DNA of 64,000 nt from Gemmatimonadales bacterium (lineage in GTDB: Bacteria; Gemmatimonadota; Gemmatimonadetes; Gemmatimonadales; GWC2-71-9), in the NCBI GenBank assembly GCA_035575675.1, contig DATLXS010000182.1, forward strand, positions 880-64,879, read 5' to 3'. Under the pieces are notes generated by a model that saw only the letters and a list, made by a program, of their open reading frames with translations, did not search any database and was not told the DNA's origin. This document shows, piece after piece, positions 1-9,800 of the stretch. A program made the position numbers and the translations under genes. How positions within the stretch are numbered: the first letter of the stretch is position 1; the number at the start of each line of letters is the position of its first letter.

Positions 1-194
1 TTCTGGATCTCGTAGTTGCCTGGACTCCACGCGGGCAACGAGACGAGCAGCGTGTCCTTTCCGCTGGTTGGAAAATCCGCGCTGACGTGGAACGTCCCCG
101 GGGTCAGGGAGACTTCGTAGCGCACGGTCTGCGCGCCGAGCGGCGTGGCGATTAGCAGTGTGAAGGCGAGGCGGCCGGTGAAACGACGCATCAT
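1..194 (-). CDS. M61-like secreted peptidase, N-terminal fragment (gene continues past window start)
   Basis: Not in the ORF track because it runs off the window. Reverse-strand translation from ATG-ATG (194/191) gives MMRRFTGRLAFTLLIATPLGAQ TVRYEVSLTPGTFHVSADFP..LLVSLPAWSPGNYEIQ. This is a signal peptide followed by the LPxWxPGxY N-terminal pattern I associate with M61 glycyl aminopeptidases. Confidence 0.4.
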   Translation of the reverse strand, partial: MMRRFTGRLAFTLLIATPLGAQTVRYEVSLTPGTFHVSADFPTSGKDTLLVSLPAWSPGNYEIQ

Positions 195-221
195 CACTCC
201 GGGCAAGCAGTTGAGAGATAC

Positions 222-258
222 TTAAAACTAGAACGGCCTCGGCGTGAGCGCCGAGGCC
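222..258 (-). terminator. Rho-independent terminator downstream of the HU/IHF gene
   Basis: Perfect 10-bp stem GGCCTCGGCG-TGAG-CGCCGAGGCC (235-258). On the minus strand it is followed by GTTCTAGTTTTAAG. It lies 29 nt after the stop at 287. Confidence 0.5.
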
Positions 259-286
259 GCGTCCCAAGTTGCCGTCACGTCGCGTC

Positions 287-601
287 TTACGACGAAACCT
301 TCTCGCTCGCGTCGGCGACCATTGCACGCAACTCCTTGCTGGGCTTGAAGACAGGCACCGGACGCGCGGCGACTTCGACTGGATCACCAGTCCTCGGGTT
401 ACGCGCCATCCGTGTTTTGCGCTGACGGATTTTGAACGTGCCAAATCCGCGTATCTCAATGTTATGCTGCTCAGCCAGCGCGGCTTTGACGGCGTCGAGG
501 AACGAGTCCACGACCCGTGCACAGTCCTTTTTTGAAATGAGGGGACCGGCGGTACGAGCGATTTGCGCGGTGACCTTTTCGACCAGATCGGCCTTCGTCA
601 T
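287..601 (-). CDS. HU/IHF-family DNA-binding protein
   Basis: 104 aa. MTKADLVEKV... and GFGTFKIRQRKTRMARNPRTGDPVEV form the canonical HU/IHF beta-arm motif (RNPxTG). Confidence 0.9.
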   Translation of the reverse strand: MTKADLVEKVTAQIARTAGPLISKKDCARVVDSFLDAVKAALAEQHNIEIRGFGTFKIRQRKTRMARNPRTGDPVEVAARPVPVFKPSKELRAMVADASEKVSS

Positions 602-655
602 TGGTCCCCCCGAAACCTTTCCGGGTCAAAGTCGGGGGCTATCATACGAGCTTAC

Positions 656-1630
656 TTATTTAGTGTCAAGAGCTTGTAGGAATTGTTGAAAGTGTCCCTG
701 GGCGTCGTGTGGGCCCGGCGAGGCCTCGGGATGGTACTGAACGGCAAAAATTGGGTACTCGCGGTGCTTGATCCCTTCGACGGTCCCGTCGTTGAGGTTA
801 AGGTGGGTGACCTCAAGCGACTTCGCGCCCGGAACGCCCGCCGTCTCCCCCTTCACTGCGAATCCGTGGTTCTGGGACGTGATAAGTACTTGTCCTGTAG
901 CAATATCGCGAACTGGATGATTGCCGCCCCGATGGCCGTATGGCAGCTTCACCGTCTCCCCGCCCATTGCGAGACCGAGCAATTGGTGACCGAGACAGAT
1001 CCCGAAGATGGGCAGCTTCCCGTCGGCGAGCGTCCGAATTGTATCGATCGCGTAACCCACGGCCGCGGGGTCGCCGGGCCCGTTCGACAAAAAAACGCCA
1101 TCGGGTTTCAGTGCGCGCACCTGCTCGGGTGTAGTCGCCGCCGGGACGACGGTGACCCGGCACCCGTGTTGCACGAACAGCCGCAGAATGTTGCGCTTCA
1201 TCCCGAAGTCGAATGCCACGACGTGTTGTTTCGCGTCCGCCGGTCCTTCGGTGTACGCGCGCGGGATCGTCGCGGCACTTGCCAGGTCGAGTCCGTTCAT
1301 CGATGGCGAAGCGGCGAGCGCTGCCTTGATCGCGTCGGTCGGTTTGTCGCCGAGGGCGAGCACACCGCGCATCGCGCCACGGGAGCGGATGTAGCGGGTG
1401 AGCTGACGGGTGTCGACATCGGCGATGAGCGGCACCTTTGCGCCGGCGAGCCAATCGAGCAGCGTCCCCGTCGAGCGCCAATTCGATGGCGTGGCGGACA
1501 GCTCGCGCACCACGACGCCGACGACCCGCGGCCGATCGGACTCCACGTCGTCCGGGTTGATGCCGTAATTGCCGATCATCGGCGCCGTCATCACGACGAT
1601 CTGACCGAGATAGGAGGGGTCGGTAAACAC
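656..1630 (-). CDS. carA: Carbamoyl-phosphate synthase small (glutaminase) subunit
   Basis: Carries the GATase triad region FGICLGHQLL and HGFAV...QYHPEASPGPHD. The ORF-track GTG start (1630) is a minimum: in-frame CarA N-terminal homology (AYVLLEDGAWFPG..AEVVFTTNLSGYQEVFTDPSY) continues upstream to about 1741 with no ATG/GTG/TTG (see findings). Confidence 0.9.
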   Translation of the reverse strand: MFTDPSYLGQIVVMTAPMIGNYGINPDDVESDRPRVVGVVVRELSATPSNWRSTGTLLDWLAGAKVPLIADVDTRQLTRYIRSRGAMRGVLALGDKPTDAIKAALAASPSMNGLDLASAATIPRAYTEGPADAKQHVVAFDFGMKRNILRLFVQHGCRVTVVPAATTPEQVRALKPDGVFLSNGPGDPAAVGYAIDTIRTLADGKLPIFGICLGHQLLGLAMGGETVKLPYGHRGGNHPVRDIATGQVLITSQNHGFAVKGETAGVPGAKSLEVTHLNLNDGTVEGIKHREYPIFAVQYHPEASPGPHDAQGHFQQFLQALDTK

Positions 1631-1751
1631 CTCCTGATATCCGCTCAGATTTGTGGTGAAGACGACTTCTGCGTATGCCGGCTCAAATGCGAGTGGCGCC
1701 GTTCCGGGGAACCACGCGCCGTCCTCCAGGAGGACGTAGGCGGGTGCTGGA

Positions 1752-2123
1752 CTAGGGCCGGCGATTGCTCGGACGCGGAGTCGCCGGCGCTGCTGCGGGA
1801 GGCGCCGTCGGTTGCGTTTCGATCGGGAGCGGCGTCGGCGCCACGGGTGTGGGGTTCTGCCCCTGGCCCTCGAGCACCGAGCGAACCTGTGTGGCGGACT
1901 GTGACATGAACGTCAGCACCAACGCGAGAAACAAGAAGATCCCCGCGGTCCACCACGTGACCTTCGTCAGCAGCGTCGTCGCCTGACGGCCGCCCATGAT
2001 GGTCTCGGTGCCCGCGCCGCCCCCCATGGAGGCGAGCCCGCCACCCTGCCCCGCCTGCAGCAACACGGCGACGGCGAGGATCAGCGAGTCGAGGATCAGG
2101 ATGCCAACGAGGATTCCGTACAT
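1752..2123 (-). CDS. secG: Preprotein translocase subunit SecG with Pro/Ala-rich C-terminal tail
   Basis: 123 aa. Two-TM SecG pattern MYGILVGILILDSLILAVAVLLQAGQGGGLASMGGG..TTLLTKVTWWTAGIFLFLALVL, in the usual position downstream of tpiA. Confidence 0.8.
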   Translation of the reverse strand: MYGILVGILILDSLILAVAVLLQAGQGGGLASMGGGAGTETIMGGRQATTLLTKVTWWTAGIFLFLALVLTFMSQSATQVRSVLEGQGQNPTPVAPTPLPIETQPTAPPAAAPATPRPSNRRP

Positions 2124-2139
2124 GCGCGGGGCAAGATAC

Positions 2140-2885
2140 CTAGGCTACGGTGGTGCGCACAAGTTGCGCCCAGCTTCTGGCGTCGAGCGACGCGCCGCCC
2201 ACCAACACGCCATCCAGCTCGTGCTGGGCTAAGAGCTCGGCGGCGTTCTTCAGGTTCACGCTTCCACCATAGAGAATTACGAACGGCGCGGCCGTGACCG
2301 CTCGGGTTTTGAGCCACTCCCGAATGACCCGGTGGACTTCGGCGGCATCTTGGGGCGTTGCGTTGCGGCCGGTGCCGATCGCCCAGACCGGTTCGTAGGC
2401 GACGGTCACACGTGCCTTGCCGTCGCGCTTCCCCAGCGCGGCCTCGAGCTGGCGAGTGACGACCGCCATCGTGTCGCCGGCCTCGCGTTGCTCCAACGTT
2501 TCCCCAACGCAGAGGACCGGTTGGAGATCGGCGGCGAGGGCCGCGCTCACCTTCTTGCCCGTCTGCTCGTCCGTCTCGCCAAAGACATGACGCCGTTCGG
2601 AGTGGCCGATGAGCGTGAGGCGGGCCCCCGCCTGCTTGGCGAGCGATCCGGAGGTCGCGCCGGTGAACGCGCCCTTGGGTTCCCAGTAGATGTCCTGCGA
2701 TCCGGCCAGCACGTTGCGATGGCCCGCGATGCCCTGTGCGACTGTCTCGAGCGCAACGGCCGGAGGGAAGAACCAGACCGATCGCTCGAGCGCGATTTCA
2801 CCGGCCGCAAAGAACGCGCGTAAGTACTCGCGGGCTTCCACCGGGCCTACGTTCATCTTCCAATTGCCCGCAAAGATGAGCGGCC

Positions 2886-2889
<4 letters not shown>
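2140..2889 (-). CDS. tpiA: Triose-phosphate isomerase
   Basis: 249 aa with AGNWKMN, IGHSERR and YEPVWAIGTG motifs. GTGA overlap with the pgk stop. Confidence 0.95.
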
Positions 2890-5086
<2,197 letters not shown>

Positions 5087-5854
5087 TTAGGTGAAGTCTG
5101 GAATTGCGGCGCGCGCGAACGTCACGCCCTCGACCCGCGTCGCGCCGGCCTGCTCGAGGGCACGCGCTGCCTCAGCGAGCGTCGCGCCGGTTGTAAAAAC
5201 ATCATCGACCAGGATTAATGCGAAACTCGAAATGTGGAATGCGAAATTGACGCTTCCAGGTCCATTTTGGATTTCGCATTTCGCATTTCGCACTTCAAAC
5301 GCCCCCGCCACGTTCGCCAGACGCGTGTCCGGTGTCAACGCCGTTTGCGTCGGCGTCTCCCGCGTGCGGACGAGCAGGTCGGGAAGCACGGGAATCCGCC
5401 ACTGTCGGGCCAGCGCGCGCGCCAGCATCGCACTCTGGTTGTAGCCGCGCGTGCGCAAGCGCTTTGTGGCGAGAGGAATCGGGATGAGCACCGACGCTCC
5501 GTCGGCCGGGGACTGCCGTTTCCCCATCGCGATTGCCAAGTCGTCGGCGATCCGCGGCAGGCCGCCGTACTTCAGGGCGTGGACGGCGGGCCGGGCGTAC
5601 GCATCGAGCCACACCGCGGATCGCACCGCTCTGAGCGCCTCCGGCCACGCAACGCACAGCCGGCAGGGGCCGAAGTGGGGCTCGGGCTGGCCACACCGCT
5701 CGCACCAGGGTGGCCGCACCGCGCGCCAGCGCTGCCGGCACAGCGGGCAGACGATCCTGGCGGCATCGCGGGCATTGAGCAGACCGTGACAAATGAGACA
5801 CTCTGCAGGAAGGAGAAGCTGTTCAACCGCGGAGCGCACGGACGACGGCAGCAC
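5087..5854 (-). CDS. ComF-family phosphoribosyltransferase-like protein carrying an in-frame repeat insertion
   Basis: 255 aa. N-terminal double zinc ribbon (CLICHG..CPLCRQ..CERCGQ..CRLC) and a C-terminal PRPP loop LILVDDVFTTGATL. The AT-rich repeat at 5217-5293 is read in frame as NAKCEIQNGPGSVNFAFHISSFA. Confidence 0.8.
   Translation of the reverse strand: MLPSSVRSAVEQLLLPAECLICHGLLNARDAARIVCPLCRQRWRAVRPPWCERCGQPEPHFGPCRLCVAWPEALRAVRSAVWLDAYARPAVHALKYGGLPRIADDLAIAMGKRQSPADGASVLIPIPLATKRLRTRGYNQSAMLARALARQWRIPVLPDLLVRTRETPTQTALTPDTRLANVAGAFEVRNAKCEIQNGPGSVNFAFHISSFALILVDDVFTTGATLAEAARALEQAGATRVEGVTFARAAIPDFT
5217..5293. repeat. Inverted pair of GCGAAAT-type heptamer arrays inside comF
   Basis: Left arm AATGCGAAACTCGAAATGTGGAATGCGAAAT (5217-5247), a 23-nt spacer, and right arm ATTTCGCATTTCGCATTTCGCAC (5271-5293). 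The arms are reverse complements at the unit level. The region is visibly AT-richer than its surroundings. Confidence 0.85.
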
Positions 5855-6647
5855 GCATCACCTCGACTGGTGCATCGGTGCCGGGAAAGAAGCGTTCGAA
5901 CGCGGCTGCCCCCTGCTGCACCAGCATCTCCCGGCCATCGGCGGCCTCGATGCCGCGCTCGCGCAGGGCGTGGACCCACCGCGTCTCCCCCGGCGCGTAG
6001 ACGAGGTCGAGTGCCCGCTGCACGCCGGGGATGTGATTGATGTCGACGGGCAGCGGATCGTGACCGGCAAGACCCAATGGAGTGGCGTTGATCGCGACGT
6101 CCACCTCGATCGGCCCGTTGGCGACCGTGGTGGGAACGCCAACGCCCGTCGCCCAGGCCGCGAACGCCGTCGCGCGCGCGCCGTCGCGCGAGCGCACGGA
6201 CAGCGTGACGCCGCGGTCCACCGCGCTCACCGCCGTCGCGCGCGCCGACCCCCCGGTTCCCACCACGAGCCACCGTTCCCCTTTTCGCGCCGCGCCGATT
6301 CGGTCGAGCGCCGCGGCGACGCCGGACACATCGGTATTGTCGCCGACGAGCGCTCCGTCCTCAGTCCAGAACGTATTGCACGCGCCGACGCGGGCGCAGA
6401 CATCCGTTTTCCGCGCGACGGATCCTTCGACTGCTTCTTTATGCGGAGCGGTGACGTTGCCGGCGCCCCCGGTCGCCGCCTGCATCGCGAGGAAGGCGGG
6501 CAGCGATTCGGGCGTGACGCGCAGCGCAACGTACACCGCGTCGAGGCCGAGCGCGCGACAGGCCGCGTTGTGCATCGCGGGGGAGAGGGAATGGGCCACC
6601 GGGTCACCGATGACCGTGAGCAGCCGCGTCTTAGCGCTGATCTCCAC
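5823..6647 (-). CDS. aroE: Shikimate dehydrogenase
   Basis: Contains VIGDPVAHSLSPAMHNAA, NVTAPHK and GDNTD motifs. The ORF-track start at 6716 overlaps the upstream gene by 86 nt. GTG at 6647 gives 274 aa. Confidence 0.85.
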   Translation of the reverse strand: MEISAKTRLLTVIGDPVAHSLSPAMHNAACRALGLDAVYVALRVTPESLPAFLAMQAATGGAGNVTAPHKEAVEGSVARKTDVCARVGACNTFWTEDGALVGDNTDVSGVAAALDRIGAARKGERWLVVGTGGSARATAVSAVDRGVTLSVRSRDGARATAFAAWATGVGVPTTVANGPIEVDVAINATPLGLAGHDPLPVDINHIPGVQRALDLVYAPGETRWVHALRERGIEAADGREMLVQQGAAAFERFFPGTDAPVEVMRAAVVRALRG

Positions 6648-7101
6648 GCTTGCTCTCAGCGACGAGCCGGTCGGCGACGGCGGCCGTGAGCGACTCGAGC
6701 TCCTGGCAGGTATCACGATAGATGCCGAGATCGCCGCCGAAGGGATCGCTCACTTCGTCGCCGCCCTGGCCGGCGTACTCGGCGAGCACGAACACGCGAC
6801 CCTCGCCCCCGAGCTCGTCGACGCGCGCGCGATGATGGCGGGCCATGGTGAGAATCAGGTCGGCGCGCTCGACCAGTTCCCGCGTCAACAGGCGGGCGCG
6901 GTGGCCGGACAGGTCGAGCCCGCGCTCGAGCCCCACGAGATACGCGCCTTCGGATGCAGGCGCGCCATCCCACGCCCCCGTCCCCGCCGACGACACGGTC
7001 ACCTCGATCCCGCGCTCGGTGAGCGCGCGCTCGAGCAGCGACGCGGCCAGCGGGCTGCGGCAAATATTGCCGGTGCAGACGAACAGGACGTGCTGGATCA
7101 T
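6631..7101 (-). CDS. Low-molecular-weight protein-tyrosine phosphatase family protein
   Basis: MIQHVLFVCTGNICRSPLA carries the CX5R(S) P-loop. ATG at 7101 forms an ATGA overlap with the upstream stop. The ORF-track extension to 7185 is Arg/Pro-rich and implausible. Confidence 0.85.
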   Translation of the reverse strand: MIQHVLFVCTGNICRSPLAASLLERALTERGIEVTVSSAGTGAWDGAPASEGAYLVGLERGLDLSGHRARLLTRELVERADLILTMARHHRARVDELGGEGRVFVLAEYAGQGGDEVSDPFGGDLGIYRDTCQELESLTAAVADRLVAESKRGDQR

Positions 7102-7751
7102 GGCGCGAGCCGCCCGACGGCGCGGCGGAGCTCGTGGACGCTGAGCGTGCCTTCCCGGACGATCTCCGCCCGCGGCCTGGTGCAATCAACCACGGTCGAG
7201 GGGGGCCGGTTTCCCAGCACGCCGCCATCGAGCACGAGCAGCTGTCCGGCCGCCACCGCCGGCGCGAAGTCGCGGGCGATCGCGTCAGCCCCGGGCCCCG
7301 GCGGCTGGCCGGGCAGATTCGCCGAGGTGGACGTGAGCGGCGAGCCGAGCGCCGCGACCAAGCGCGCGATCGCCTGGTGGGACGTCCACCGCACGGCGAT
7401 CCCGCCATCGGGTCCGCGCAACATGTCCGGCAACCGGCCGGAGCCGCCGGGCAGGACGAGTGTCAGCGGGCCGGGCCAGAATGCGCGCGCCAGAGCGTCG
7501 GCGGAGGCATTGAAGGCCAGGCCGTGCGCCTCAGCCATACCGCGGTCGCTGATCAACAACAGAAAGGGCTTGCTGGCCGACCGCCCTTTCATCGCGGCGA
7601 GCGCCGCGACATCCGCTTGCACCGCGCGTGAGCCGAGACCGTACACCGTCTCGGTGGGATACGCGAGCAAGCCTCCCTTTCCCATATGCGTCACCACCTG
7701 CGGGATCGCGGTGGCAACATCCGCATCCGATTGAAACGGAATCGGTTTCAA
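7098..7751 (-). CDS. tsaC: L-threonylcarbamoyladenylate synthase (YrdC/Sua5 family)
   Basis: 217 aa. YrdC-domain signature LAYPTETVYGLG and SANLPG. TTGA overlap with the ispD stop. Confidence 0.85.
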   Translation of the reverse strand: MKPIPFQSDADVATAIPQVVTHMGKGGLLAYPTETVYGLGSRAVQADVAALAAMKGRSASKPFLLLISDRGMAEAHGLAFNASADALARAFWPGPLTLVLPGGSGRLPDMLRGPDGGIAVRWTSHQAIARLVAALGSPLTSTSANLPGQPPGPGADAIARDFAPAVAAGQLLVLDGGVLGNRPPSTVVDCTRPRAEIVREGTLSVHELRRAVGRLAP

Positions 7752-8476
7752 CGCAATTCACGAGCGAGAGCCTCGGCGATCCGGAAGTCGTCGGCTGTGG
7801 TAATCTTGACATTGTACGGCGAATCGGGAATCAATTCCACCGGAAACCCTGCTCGCTCACAGACCTCGGCGTCGTCGCTCGGCGCGCCACCGTTCGCGGC
7901 CGCACCGAGCTGTGCGTAGGCGGCGTTCAACATTTGCCGCGGGAATCCCTGCGGCGTCTGGGCGCGCCAGATGCGTTCCCGGTCTACGGTCCGCGTAATG
8001 CGCGGTGTGGCGCGTGGCGCGCCCTCGCCAATCTCCTTCAATGTGTCGGACGTGGGCACCGCGGCGACGGCGCCGACGCCCGCGCGCGCGCGGGTGATCA
8101 CCGCATCGATCGTTTCGCGACTCACGAATGGCCGGGCCGCATCGTGGATCAGGATGATCGTGGCATCGGCGGGCAGCACGCGGAGCCCGGCGCGCACCGA
8201 GTCCACGCGCTGCGCGCCACCGGGTACGAAGCTCAGCCGCTCACCGCGGAGCTTGCCGAGCCAGTCGGGCGGGCGCTCCAGGTACCCGGGCGGCAGCGTC
8301 ACGACGACCTGACGGACTTCCGGATGCCCGATGAACGCCCGCAAGGCGCGCAGCAGCATCGGCACGCCGTGGATCGGACGGAATTGTTTCGGCTCGCCGG
8401 GGCCCGCCCGTACGCCGGCCCCCGCGGCGACGACGACGACGCCGACGTCAGGCTGCGAGGCGGCGGGTGAGCTCAC
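7748..8476 (-). CDS. ispD: 2-C-methyl-D-erythritol 4-phosphate cytidylyltransferase
   Basis: VVVVAAGAGVRAG..PKQF N-terminal motif and ILIHDAARP. The ORF-track start at 8728 lies inside radA. GTG at 8476 gives 242 aa. Confidence 0.85.
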   Translation of the reverse strand: MSSPAASQPDVGVVVVAAGAGVRAGPGEPKQFRPIHGVPMLLRALRAFIGHPEVRQVVVTLPPGYLERPPDWLGKLRGERLSFVPGGAQRVDSVRAGLRVLPADATIILIHDAARPFVSRETIDAVITRARAGVGAVAAVPTSDTLKEIGEGAPRATPRITRTVDRERIWRAQTPQGFPRQMLNAAYAQLGAAANGGAPSDDAEVCERAGFPVELIPDSPYNVKITTADDFRIAEALARELR

Positions 8477-9800
8477 CGATTCCCTCCAGCCCGATGATCT
8501 CGAGCTCGCCGGCCGCGCCGCGCGAGCGGGCGGACAAGAACACGCGGCGAAAGCCCTGGCGTGCGGCCTCGGCGAGGCGTCGCTCCACGCCCGCGACGGG
8601 GCGGATCTCGCCGCCGAGTCCCACCTCGCCCAGGAACAGTGCGTCGGCCGGCACGGGCCGGTCATGGACCGTCGAGACGAGGGCGGCGAGGATGGCGAGG
8701 TCGGTGGAGGGTTCGATGAGGCGCACACCTCCCGTGACGTTGACGAAGACGTCCAGGTTCCCGAACGGGAGGCCGCCGCGCCGCTCGAGCACCGCGAGCA
8801 GCAGCGCGAGGCGGCGATGATCGAGCCCAGTCGCCACGCGCTGCGGCGTCCCGAATCCCGCCTTCGAGGCGAGCGCCTGAATCTCGACCAGCATCGGGCG
8901 CGTGCCTTCCATCAAGGCCGTCACCGCGGAGCCGGAGGCCCCGGTGCTGCGGCCCGCGAGGAACGCCGCGGCGGGGTTGGCGACCGGCTCGAGCCCGCTC
9001 CCCGTCATCCGGAACACGCCGATTTCGTCCACCGACCCGAACCGGTTTTTCACGGCTCGCAGGATCCGGTGGTCGAGCGTCGTTTCACCTTCGAAATAGA
9101 GGACGGTGTCGACGATATGCTCGAGCGTCTTCGGGCCCGCGATGCCGCCGCCCTTGGTGACGTGTCCGACGAGCAGCACCGCGGGACCGGATTCCTTGGC
9201 GAACCGCATCAGGCGGGCAGCGCATTCGCGCACCTGGCCGACGTTGCCGGGCGCCCCTTCCAGCTCTTCGGTATAGGTGGTCTGCACCGAGTCGAGCAGC
9301 ACGACCTGTGATTGCAGCTGGGTCGCGTGATGCAGGATCGATTCGAGGCGCGTTTCGCCCAGGACATGAATGCCGCCGGCGTTCTCTTCCAGACGGTCAG
9401 CGCGCAGCCGCAGCTGGTCGGGGGACTCCTCGCCCGAGACGTACAGCGTCGAGACGCCCTGGTTCTCCAGGCGGGCGGCGCATTGCATCAGCAGCGTCGA
9501 CTTGCCGATGCCCGGCTCGCCGCCGACGAGCGTCACGGAGCCTGGCACGATGCCCCCGCCCAGGACGAAGTCGAACTCGGCGAGGCCCGTCCGCCAGCGC
9601 TGCGCGCTGGCCGTTGGAATGGTGGACAGTTGGACGGGAACGGCCCCAGTTTCATTCCGACCTTCCAACCTTCCGACATTCCGCCCGACAGGCTCCTCCG
9701 CCAGCGAATTCCACGCACCGCAACTATCGCAGCGCCCCCCCCACTTGGGCTGATCGGCCCCGCATTCCGTGCAACGAAAGACGGACTTGCCTTTAGACAC
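8448..9800 (-). CDS. radA: DNA repair protein RadA/Sms
   Basis: 450 aa. Zn ribbon CTECG..CDSCGAWN, Walker A GEPGIGKST, KNRFG motif, and a Lon-like C-terminal domain. Confidence 0.95.
   Translation of the reverse strand: MSKGKSVFRCTECGADQPKWGGRCDSCGAWNSLAEEPVGRNVGRLEGRNETGAVPVQLSTIPTASAQRWRTGLAEFDFVLGGGIVPGSVTLVGGEPGIGKSTLLMQCAARLENQGVSTLYVSGEESPDQLRLRADRLEENAGGIHVLGETRLESILHHATQLQSQVVLLDSVQTTYTEELEGAPGNVGQVRECAARLMRFAKESGPAVLLVGHVTKGGGIAGPKTLEHIVDTVLYFEGETTLDHRILRAVKNRFGSVDEIGVFRMTGSGLEPVANPAAAFLAGRSTGASGSAVTALMEGTRPMLVEIQALASKAGFGTPQRVATGLDHRRLALLLAVLERRGGLPFGNLDVFVNVTGGVRLIEPSTDLAILAALVSTVHDRPVPADALFLGEVGLGGEIRPVAGVERRLAEAARQGFRRVFLSARSRGAAGELEIIGLEGIGELTRRLAA
9613..9685. repeat. GGAAKG-type octamer array (possible inverted pair) inside the radA linker
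   Basis: C-rich arm TCATTCCGACCTTCCAACCTTCCGACATTCCGCC (9652-9685). Its reverse complement starts GGCGGAATGT, identical to the left end of the 35631 element. The upstream G-rich stretch GTTGGAATGGTGGACAGTTGGACGGGAACGG (9613-9643) is only partly complementary and may be native radA sequence. Confidence 0.4.

Noticed and set aside
605-646. Hairpin CCCCCGA..TCGGGGG and a TATGAT -10-like box upstream of the HU/IHF gene
   Set aside because: The stem is 7 bp with an 18-nt loop and no T-tract, and there is no convincing -35 element. Evidence is insufficient to call either a terminator or a promoter.
683-1909. Long antisense or alternative-frame ORFs (e.g. 683-1909, 4145-5218, 6082-7734, 9769-11271, 11896-13413, 13413-14861, 25929-27296, 27560-28642, 46991-48784, 50903-52132, 55239-56264, 57326-58591, 59557-61344)
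   Set aside because: All lie opposite or out of frame to genes with clear family motifs. They are extremely Arg/Pro/Gly/Ala/His-rich and have no recognisable domains. These are the expected stop-codon-poor shadow ORFs of high-G+C DNA.
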